Of a stretch of DNA of 64,000 nucleotides, positions 11,090-30,671 are shown piece after piece. Within the stretch, counting starts at the first letter, position 1. Each line of letters starts with the position of its first letter. The position numbers and the translations under genes are program-made. Location of the stretch: NCBI GenBank assembly GCA_051362555.1, contig CM120640.1:24724225-24788224 (forward strand). The letters are read 5' to 3'. The notes below the pieces were generated by a model. That model saw only the letters and a list, made by a program, of their open reading frames with translations, searched no databases and was not told where the DNA came from. The stretch is from Lingula anatina (lineage: Eukaryota > Animalia > Brachiopoda).

Positions 11090-11950
11090 TTAAGCCGGCT
11101 CAGCGCCAGTTTATTCTATTCACTGATTCAGAGATTTATAATTATGCTTCAAGTAAAATTTGTTTTAACTTGCCATGTAAATTCTAATCATCAAAATATG
11201 TCATCTATCTGTCTTAACGCCATCGGCTAATGCACTCTGTTGTGGGTATTTAAAAATACTAAAGAATAAAGCAATACAGCAGCGATCATCACAGAAGAAA
11301 CATGAAAGTGTCTGATTTTGCAGGGGGCTGCCATATTGTTTACCGTTTTCTCTCGTCCACTCAAACGAGAAGAAACATGGGAGGTCAACAGGTGGGCTGA
11401 GCTTCCTGGTTGCAGTCTCTTATTAAATTTTAATCATTTGAAGTACTTTGAAAGATAATTTGAATGCTTAAACAGTTTATTGAATATTCTTTTGAATAGT
11501 TTTTGTAATAGAGAGTGAATGGCAGAGTGTGCAGCAAATTTATCCAGACCTAAGATGCGGTACTAAATACAGCAGTTACTACAATGTCTACATGTATTTT
11601 ACCCAAGTTTACGGTCTTAAGATCTCTAATATTACCTCAGTCTTCTGCTAACGGTACCATTACCGCAGACAACGGTTTCATAGCGCTACGGTAAGGGTAC
11701 CATTAGCATGTAAGGCTGAAACTGAGGTAAAGTACTACTGAGTTTTCTAGTAGTAACCATACTACAATTTACTATACTAAATAATACATGTACTGTACTG
11801 TACTTGTATGTTTGTACTCAACGTGACTGGGTAACTAAGTTTTGCTGCCAAGTTGAAATACTGTACTTGTTAGAAAGATGCTTTTGCCAAATTCGCAATT
11901 TTCTTGAATCTTGAATAATCTTAGCTTAAATAAATGGACATGAATTTGAA
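11090..11950. promoter_or_regulatory. Putative bidirectional promoter KAT14(-)/Syk(+)
   Basis: Locally CpG-richer than the flanking gene bodies (by eye); YY1-like AATATGGCAGCC on minus at ~11327-11338; ETS-like CAGGAAG (minus) at 11402-11408; lies between divergent start codons. Confidence 0.55.
11632..11730. repeat. Inverted repeat / hairpin
   Basis: TTACCTCAGT..TGCTAACGGTACCATTACCGCAG pairs with CTACGGTAAGGGTACCATTAGCA..ACTGAGGTAA. Confidence 0.8.
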
Positions 11951-12606
11951 GTCGAAATTCCATGCTACTGTAATTGAACATAATTTATTTATCCTAGTTT
12001 CACTTTACAAATACTGCTTTGTGACTAGCTGAGGATGAGGATATCCTGCATGGTGTAGTTGAAAGTATGTTCTCATGATATCCCTGTATGGATGAACCCA
12101 TACTATGAACATTAACGAAATGAAAAGAAAATGGAAACATTCAATATGTGGATGCTCATTATTTTTCACTTTTATAGTCCAAATACTGAGGCAACATATA
12201 TATACGTAATTTAGGCACTATTGACTTACTTATATACTCTAGCTGTATCATATACTTTATCTCCACAATGTTCATATATCATATATGACTTTTGGTTAAA
12301 ATTAACAATAAGTAAATTAAACCTTCATTTTTATATTCCTAATTAATTTTTTTTCAGATTGATGAAACTAGTGAATTACACTGCTGAGAAGATTACAATA
12401 TGTGGAAGAAATCCAGAAGCTAGTCAATGGAATCTGCATGTGTGGTTGAATAGAATAACCCAAAGAAATAGTAGAAAGTAGTAAACAAACATGCCGTATC
12501 TCATTACATAGTCATGTAGCTACAGTGAGAAGAAACAAGCATAAAATTATAATAACTTACAAGAAATTCAACAAAATTAAATTATACAAACACCTGGGGA
12601 AAAAAG

Positions 12607-20675
<8,069 letters not shown>

Positions 20676-21474
20676 GAGCAAGAGTTTGCCTGGTGCAGTG
20701 AAATATCTTATAAACATTGATGTACTGCTAACAGAAGAAAAAAAGGTGTCATTTATGTGCATAATTCAAGGGAAATCTCTTTTGAGATTGCCTGTGAGAT
20801 GTGTGTAATGGAAAAGGAGAAAAAGTTTACTTGAAACTAGTGTGATGGAAACTAAAAAGGGTACGCTTGTAGTCTTTAAAAGACATTCCAAACTACTGTT
20901 TATTTATTTTGGAGCTAATATTTTAGGATTCATCAAATACAGTGGCTGCTTTATTACATATTTATACATTTTAATGTAATCGTACATAGTTTCATGTTTT
21001 TTTTTTAATTTTTGGTTGTTTGTAAAATAATACATAAAAATATTTCCTGTGAGGATTGAAATTAGTAAATATGGGAAATGTGTTGATAACTTTTTAGTTA
21101 TGCAACTTTTCAAGCAAATTCTAGGGTTAAAAAGCAATAGTGATCATGGAAATACAATAATAGCTGTCTGAATAATGTATAGCATGCTGTGTATAGAATA
21201 GAGCATTGCTTAGAGGAAAAAATAGAAAATTAATAAGTAGTAATTGCAGTATAATTTACAATTAAATGCTACACACGTTATTTGTAATTTGTTGAATTGT
21301 AATAGGGGACACTAATTTATAATTAATTAAGTATCAGTCTCTTCCATTTTATAGTTGTTGATCAACTAAAGCACAAATTGATATTAACCCTTTCAATATT
21401 TTCCAAGAGGCATTTCCTGCAATTTTATTTGAACCACTTCAATTACCAGCATTTGTATATGCAATATTGTATTT

Positions 21475-21480
21475 AATAAA
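21475..21480 (+). terminator. Candidate Syk polyadenylation signal
   Basis: AATAAA 0.8 kb after the stop, followed by a T-rich tract. Confidence 0.45.
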
Positions 21481-24400
21481 GAAATACTAGTGGCTATTTT
21501 TATTTCTATGTCTAGAGGTGTAAGTTTTCATTTGTAATACCAGTAAAACAAAACAAAATAGAAAAAAACTAAGTCGGGGAAATACTGGAGGTAAAACTAT
21601 TTCAATATTAAGCTGTTGACTGAAGAAAACCATCAGAAAAAACTACGCTTATAAACATTAAATAATACATACTTATTTTGCTGTGAAATATATTTGAACG
21701 TTGTTGGCAAACTCTGCATTGAGGAATTCAAGGTGAAGTCTGTAGAAGTGTTATCTGTGTTGCCTATCGGTTCAAATCTCATAACTGTTTGGTGCATCAT
21801 AATTCAAAGCTTAAGTCCAGTTTGGGAGAGTTGGTGGTCTTGTGATTTTACAACATTCTACCGCCAGTTTTTATTTTTATTTTTTTAGATCTTCAGTGCC
21901 TGTTTCATAATACCCGAATTTCAGTATCATTGCTGGTCAATGGAAGTAAATGGCATTTGTATTTAATCATTTAATCATAATAAGTGGAGATAATATTTAG
22001 AGAAACTTATCAAAAGTTGCATTTAATCCATTTTTCTAGGAATATGACTTAACTACACACAAAAACCAAAATTATGTTGGCTGAAAAACACAACAGTTGT
22101 AAAATTTAACTTTTTTTAGGAAAACAGTGGAGCAAATTAAGTGACTTGTTGTAGAAAACAAAATTGCCAGGGAAGCATTTTTTAATAAAAAATTGTAACT
22201 TTTGACTCTAAAATTATAATTTTCTAAAATCTGTATATATTTTTGTTGTTTTTTAAATGACATTACTGATACTTCTGCTTTGCAAACTAAACAGTCAATT
22301 TATTCCTCACGAGATGTATACAATTTTTCCTTGAAGTTGTGCAGAGCACAAGCAATATACACAAACATATTCATATGGCTTCAACAGTCTGCACATCTTT
22401 TCTTCAGATTTGCAGTCAATAAATTAAATAGATGTATGTATGTATGTTTACAAACTTATATACACTTGCTTCATGTTACATAAAAACTAAAGAAAGAGAG
22501 GTATATTGCCACCTGCAAATTTATTTTATGAAGCCCTCTGTAACCAGTGACATGGATAGAGCCAAACAGACCAAGGAATATTCCTATGTTATCAAAAAAA
22601 AAAGAAAAAAAATTGACAATTGAATCAAATTGAATTTTCCACACCCAAAATACATCCTGTGTTTATTTAGCCTTAACATACATAATAACTAATCACAGAA
22701 TCAAGAGGATGAATTCCTGGATCATTTAAGTAAATTTTTGGGTGTCTCTCCCTATAGAATAACCAAAAACTGGGCAATTTAGCCTTCTCATTCCATCCAT
22801 GCCACTTGAAATGAAGCTCATGCCAAAATCTACGAGCATCAGCAGTTTTGTCACACAGGTAAACCAGCAGAGAGAAATTTGGCACAAAGGAATCCTGGGG
22901 CACTTCACAGGGCACTGACCCCCATCACCTTTACACTGGCCAGCAGCAACATGGGGGTGCAATTACGCGGAGTGCCCTCAGTCCAGCAGACTATCAAACT
23001 GCAGTATAATAACAACTGCCCTGCACAAAACAACTTGCTACACCCAACACTATCTACTACAAGAATGTTCTACCAGGTAGAATCGACAGTCTAGACACTT
23101 TACAACACTCTCTGCTCAATTTACAGACATGGTCATTATAATATTCACTTTCTGTACTGTTTCAGTGACTTCAAGCTGTAAGGAGGTCCAAATATCCAGT
23201 CTAAAACACTATTTCATATTTTATATATTCACTGTTGTGCTAGTGTGTTTGTTGAATTTTGGAAAAAAAAATAGGTATGCCAGAGTCAAACAAATCAGAT
23301 TAGCTTTGGTTGATTTTTAGTGCTCAGCATTTTTCTGATGCACTGTAACGGTAAACTAGTTAAAATAATCAACATTTCTTATGGCCATCTACTTGGAGTC
23401 ACCATGCTGTATAATATTTTCTAAAGCCTTAACTTCAAACAAATCATAAGCTTATTTCAGAGCTCTGATAGTGACTTGTTTTCCTACACCATAAGCAATA
23501 CATCTTAGCTACAAGTGGCAAAATACCTCTCCTTCTTTTCCTCACTGAATAATGATAATAACTAAAACTGTACAGCCAAGCACCCATGGTGCATAATTAC
23601 CCAAACATCTGGTAGGAAAAGGACGAGTGCTCTAGAGGGTACTCTTCCTGACCAAAAAATAGCACCACAGGAAAAAAAAAACACTATCTAAAACTGCCCT
23701 CCAGTGGTGCGGCTGATCAAAAACATTCAAGCAGATACTACTCTCAAGTATTTCAGTATCTTTTCAGCATCATTACCTTTACTCAGGAAAGAATAAAAAA
23801 CACCCCCTTCCCTCCAAGATCTTTATAAGGAGCAAATCCTTTGTAATATTTGTCCTAACATGCCTTTTTTATCTTGGACATTAAATTCTCATTTTTCTTT
23901 TAAGACACCATTTTCATGTGCTCTCTTTTTTTTTTAAGTAATTTTTTCTTGACAATAAGTCTTCACCCGCACACAAAGGTGAGTGCAGTCAGAACATGGA
24001 TTCAATAAAAGCATTTGTTTAGCTATCAGATCCAAGAGATTAAATGCTCCTTTTCAATCCATTGAGTTGACAACAAAGGAAGCATGTTCTTCAAAATATC
24101 TTAATACCAAAAATCACAGCCCAACAAACAACATGCTTCCTTGTTGCCTACAGGTCCTACCCTCTAGAGCACCTTACACTCTTTCTCCAACTGAACCCTT
24201 TAATTCCAAGGGATACATTAAAACTGACATAAAAAGTGCTTCAATGTTAATTTAAAGTAACAATTCAATGTTGAAGTATATCTGTTAAAATCTGTTAAAG
24301 CGAGAAGTGGATCTGAAACTGAACTACAAATTGATCCCAGCTAAATGAGGGAGAAAAAGGCATCCTTTTCACCAAATCACTTTTTTAAACAAAATATGCA

Positions 24401-26975
24401 AGGCTTGGTTACAAATAATACATATTCACAAAGTTTGTCCATATAATATTATATATATATATATATTAACAAAATGCCCAGTGATAAATGATCTGTTATC
24501 CATGTACATAACACTCATGTAAAGGAAGACAACAAATATAAGTGTCGAAATAACATATGTGAAATAATGATGTATGATAAATATAACAATCTACATGAAT
24601 ATTAAAATCATCTAACAAAGTATTAATTTTCAAAAATACAACTGAAATATATCCCAACTTTGGCCTAGTCTCCAAACAGTCCTTAACTCAGCAGTCTTGT
24701 GCATTATTCTGGATGAACAAAATTTTAATATTTTCTCAAAAATGTATTTATCTCAAAGTTTCAAACCAAAAACTTACTATACAACTAAAGATTTGTTTCT
24801 TTCAAAGAAGGATGCAAAAGTAGAAATCAAAAAACCTCATCATCTCATTGCAAATATCAACATACAAGTAATTCAAACCATACAGCAAACCTATAGGATA
24901 CAATGTTGCATAGCTAATTGTATGAAATGTACAGTGCATAAAAATAACTTAACAAATATGATAATATCTGTAATAATGTCAACTCTACTCTACTCTTTGG
25001 ATTCTGCAGCTCTTTCTCCCTGCAATTTATTTCAGACATTTACTGACACACGCGAAATATCTAAACTTTACATAGGTGAATGAACAAAAAATGGGATACA
25101 TGGTTACTACTAGGTGTCAGCCCATGGTCTTAAGCTGTTGTCAACATCTACAAGATGTCTGTACATCAGTTCTAGGTTGGAACCATGATACACTGGATAT
25201 AAAATGTGGCATCTTTCTTTTATGCCTGCCTTTCGGATAAAAATTGTCCATTATTTTGACAGCTTCACTTGACTGTAATTAAGGCCTAGAGTCTTTTGTT
25301 ATATGCGTTATTACTACGGTTGCTAGAGGAGCAATATCGTCATATTGAATTCACTTATAAAAAAATGATTGGCTAAATGACAATTTTGGAGCTCAATTAT
25401 TTCTACCAAAATGACTAAATTCCAACAAAAAAGTATCACATCAAAACAAAAATGAACAGCATTTGGTCATTTTTCTAATACTATAACATTTTCATGAATG
25501 TGCTTGCTCTTAAAATATTTTTAATAAAAATAAATACTCAGTGTTAATATGGAGATTCCATCAAACTGATAGATAAATTCATCATCAGGTTGAATGTCTT
25601 AGTAATAAGTTACTTACAATTGTTTTCTTTTTGTTTTTTTCGATAATATTTTTCTATCCTTAATGTATGGTCAAAATTGTGGAATATTCTGTGATAAACA
25701 TTAAAGATGAACTACAGGTGTACAACTACCATAACAGATCAAGTGGGAAAAAAACAAAAGTTCATAATGGATAAGGGAAAGCCTTTGAAATATGCGACAG
25801 TTTCCTATCCAGTTTATCATGGATCCTAGGTTCTTGGCAAAGATAGCATGTCCAGCCTACAGTGTATTGTCTTCTTTATGGACACATGTTAGATCAATTT
25901 TATTGTTTAACAGAAATTATAAAAGCAAGCTATAACACAGCATGAAGAAAATACCATCCTTTGTAGCAATGTTGCAGTACAAAATAAAAATGATGAAAAA
26001 AAACAAAGCTTTCATATAAGCAATGGATTGTACCTTTTCTTTGTATAACTGTATTAGAATTTTATGTACATACTAATATAATGTGTCATGGCAATGTGGA
26101 AGGATCAAAAGTTGACTTTGGCAACAGTAGTTCGGCAAAAGGATGATTTTTTAAGTGCACAAAGAAAATATGTGACATAATAAGATATTAATAACATGTT
26201 GATACACAGTAATACAGTTAGCACAATGAACATTATATATCATATAAACTTTATAAATGCTGATAAATAGAAGTTACATAATAAACTACATGCCATTGTA
26301 AGAACTAGTAGCATTCTTTTTACCTTTCAGCTCAGATATACAACCATCAAATATTGAAAACATGACAGAATTGCACCAAGGAATGAGAATCAAAATAATA
26401 ATCAAATCTTACCTAGATGGCAATAATTACAGTGTATATGATATACATGAGCATACAAATTCTAAGTAGTGCTATTCCCTTTGTGGTACAAAGAGCAGAG
26501 GAGAACTATGTTATTGCTATCATGCATGGCCTATAATATGGTTTAACCCATCACCATTGGACCATGTTCTCTGCTATCTCTTTGACCAAAATTCCAAATT
26601 TCCTCTTGCTGAATGTGTCATCTTTTGTGTTGTAATGACTGTCATTTTTTTCTTTGAAGAACAGCAAAGAGATGAAACCTTCGATCACCCACAAATTTCA
26701 TATCACATATAGGCCTGAATCAACAGTATCACATGATAAAGGTGATAATTCATCCTCTTATCTCCATCTCTCTCTCATTTTAGCTTGTACGTTAATTATG
26801 CTTAATAATTGTTTTTTCTTTTTGCTTTTTTTTTTACTTCAATGCAAGTTTTGATTCCTTTCGTAAGTCTGAAACTGAGCATTTAAAACTTTCCCATTCC
26901 TCTGGCAAGACCTTAGCCCCTGCTTTTCCCCCTTCTCTGATTTCACAGGTCAATTTCCTACCAGCTCATCTATCA

Positions 26976-27064
26976 TTAAGATTCCTGTTTGTTTGGTGAA
27001 GAGGGAGTATGGTTATTATTCTGTTGTTCTACTGGGTCATTGTTGTGAACACCATAAAATCTCT
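26976..27064 (-). CDS. NFI: NFI last coding exon
   Basis: [29 protein letters not shown] followed by TAA TGA TAG. Confidence 0.8.
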
Positions 27065-30000
27065 CTGGAAGACAATGTATGCAGAAATATTAAATCTCAT
27101 GCAGAAAAAAAGTATAAGACACTATAGCTAATATCCTGAAGACATTCCCTCCAAACAGTAATTGGGACACTGCAACAATATCCATATGACCATATGATAA
27201 AAGACCAAAAGAATACATTTCAATTTTTGATACCCTCTCCCTTATACTACTAGTATTTTGTAGCATAACCCCAAAGTCTTACCTAGTAAAGATTCATCTG
27301 GATTGACCCCAGGCATGAGTCCTGCCATCATGTTGTAGTCAATGCTCTCATCTAACCCAATGAAGGGTGTGGTCCAGCGTGGAATGGGCGTGGACCTGGG
27401 CGTGGTCCTTGGGGTGACCACAGGGGAGGCTATAAGACTCAGTGTGGTAGGGCTGATCACACCACTGATGGCGTTCACAGGACTGACACTGGGGTAATTG
27501 AAAACCTGAAATGTGTCAAATAATGTCTGAAATACTTGTAACAAGCAGAGACATAAACTTGAATTTCTTAATTATCACTGTATAAACAGTTTTGAATGGT
27601 GTATTGCATTTTAGCTTGTGGTCATTTCAATTACAAATTTTGATACAAATTTGGACCTGCTCCAAAGTTTACAAGCAATCATATAAGTGAACAATAACTG
27701 GACAATGCCACCTAAAAAAAAGTAAAAATATTAACTTGGAATAAAAGTTTAAGGATTTTGAAATGTTAAGAAACATCAAAAATACAACTAATAAAACAAA
27801 AAATAAATAAATAAATAAATAAACCTCAATGATTCAACATAAAAAAATTATTTCTATTAAGTAACTGTTTGTGAAAAATACAACAGAGTTAAGTGAAACA
27901 GCCAAGTTTCACATTTGTCACAAGAGCATCATCAGTTAACTTAATTTCTTGATTAAGTGATTACCATCGCTAAAACTTTATTAAATACAAAATCTCAGAA
28001 TCATGAACAATCTAATAGAGAACTGAGTTATGGTAACGTAATTAAACATGAATCACACTCACAGAGCCCCACATTGGTGGCAGTGGTTTAAAGAGAAAGT
28101 CCTAAAATATAGACATTCTAATATGAGGTTCTTCAGACCAGGAAACTTCCTGATAGGAAAAATGCTTCATAGACATGATGACAACTCTTATATCCTGGTT
28201 TAATAATAGGAATAGGATGTGGAATACATTTATAGAAAAACATAAGGGCATGTAAAGAGCCTCCAAAATTCCAAAGTACCCAAAAGATACCTAATTTTTT
28301 CATTTTTTCTGCTGTTTTTCTTTCTAAACGCTAAAAGCCATAAACACTCATGATTCTCCCTCTCTTAGAACATTTAATAATATAACCCCTCTTTGGAAAA
28401 ATATAATGAAATACTTTAAAATTAAACAGACAATAGAAGAAGTTAGTCAGAAGCACAAGTGGACAGAAACATATACAAGTACAGCACCAAAGACACTATT
28501 ACACCTTCAATTAAACAGCACCCTCCCATGCAATAATGAGGGATGTCTGGCTATAAATTCTAGGAAATTCCATAAGCTATATGGAGATGGATAATCAGAT
28601 TTTCCCAGTAACAAGCTGGACATCGTTTAATATTGATCCAGTCTGGACTTCCCACCAGAACATCAATACCCAGCCTTCACTCAACCCACAAGCTCCTGCT
28701 CCTTTCCTACGGGGAGTTGGGGGAACACGGTGAGCCTGGGAAATGGCATACTGAACAAAGTTCCCTCCTCTCCTCTCCTCAGGACAATGCAATTTGTTAA
28801 GTTGCACAGTTGAGATCTCCAGAGAAACTTCCTGCCCTGTTCAACAAGAGTACCACTGTCTGAGAAATGGCACTGAAGGCATGACAAGTAACAGTACATG
28901 ATGTCAATATTCTGTTTTTCTCACCCAAAACAATTCTGAAATGTGTTTTTTACAAGTTCAATTTTACACATGGTTAGATCCACTCAACAACTTGGGAGCA
29001 CTTTTTCTCACTTGAATGTGCTCAAAATGTTAAGTGTCAACAGTAGATCTCACAAGATATAGTATTAAGAAAAACTAAAACTGATTTCTTCAAATTTTTT
29101 TAGTCTGCCAGTAACTACTGCTCAGACACCTTTTTTAATAATAACTTCCTGAGTTAGCAAACGCAACTCTGTATACAGCTTATTTTCACCCCGCTTACTT
29201 CAAAATATATTTCCTCTAATTCTATTCCCACTAAAGACATTATAAAATGTTTCCATGCCAATTTGGCTGGACTAATTCAGATAACATTTAGTTTCCATTT
29301 TTATCTGATCAAGAACCAGCGGAGGGTTCAACGCGCATTTTGTCCAAATTAGTCTCATCTCCAAAGACCAAATCTGCCATAGACCAACTGCATTAGCCCT
29401 CTAGCCATCAGCTGACAAAATCAACCCTTTCATATTTATTTGATTGTTGCGGCAACCTGATCAGATTAAACAATTTCACAATACCATCATTTGCACCAAC
29501 AGACAACTACTTAAAGATTTTTTTACCCTCAAAGCAATTAGTTTGAGAGATTAGCTCTTGCCTAATAAAATCCTGTGCCCAACCTTTTAACCTTTCATGT
29601 ATAGAGGGATGCCTAAATAAACCCACCAATCAATATACTGTTTGAAGGTAATTTTGATAAAACCGATACAAATTGCTCTCCAGACGGCTGCCTCTGGTCT
29701 GCAGGGAGCTGCCCTAAAAATCTATGGGTCAAGCAGGTGGCAGAAAGCTGGCAATTGGTCTTAAATACCATGCTATATTTGAATAACTGTCAGATTAATC
29801 TTTTCGGTTCAAGATACCAAAAAAGATGCACTTATCATCAGCAAATAAAAGAAGATATAAGTGATAGCATCAAGCACTGATCTTGAAAGCATATCTGCAA
29901 TTAAATTATTGATCAAACAATCTTTTTGCTTGGTTTTCTCACTAAAGTGATTTTTGTAAGTTCAGCAAAAAAAAAAAAAAAAATGAATTAATAAACACAA

Positions 30001-30596
30001 ACAATACATCCAGTAAAAGAAAAGTCATCAAATGCCATCACATAGAGATAATTACTGAAAAGAGGTATTTTGTGCAGTTTTTTTTTTTTTTGTTTGTTTT
30101 TTTTTTTTTTCACATTCTCAACAGATTTTGATAATATTTGGTACATGAATTGATTTCTTCAGTACATATATAAAAAATAATTAAGTTCCACATAACTTCT
30201 ATGAGCAAAGACTTTAATTTCTATTTATTGAACACCTGCAGAAAATGGGTGTTTACGGCATAAAATTCAAACGTAAGATTTTATAACTTGAAAAAAAGTG
30301 ACATAATTAGTGCAAATAAGATGATAATTTGCAGCCATCTGTCTACCAATAACCAAGCATGCACATGTGGTTTTGTGGCCAACCTAAAAACCATGACAGA
30401 AAACTTATTTAGCAGTAGTGTGCATATTTGTGGATATAAATAGTGTGAAAATTGTACGCATGATAAAACCACTGTAAAAGACATGATGGTCAGTTATTAT
30501 TCATAACATCCATCTGCCAAGCCATGTGCCTGAGGTTTTCGAAGATGGATTCCACAATGTGCCTTGTATATGGAGACATTGATGCAATAAAAATAA

Positions 30597-30671
<75 letters not shown>

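Noticed and set aside
10253-11340. PET117 orthologue upstream of KAT14
   Set aside because: No frame I read resembles the PET117 pattern (TM followed by an RLRDGVIRDIERQ-like segment)
22673-23094. Overlapping 71-80 aa ORFs in a GC-richer patch
   Set aside because: No recognisable domain or splice structure; lies in the probable UTR/intergenic region
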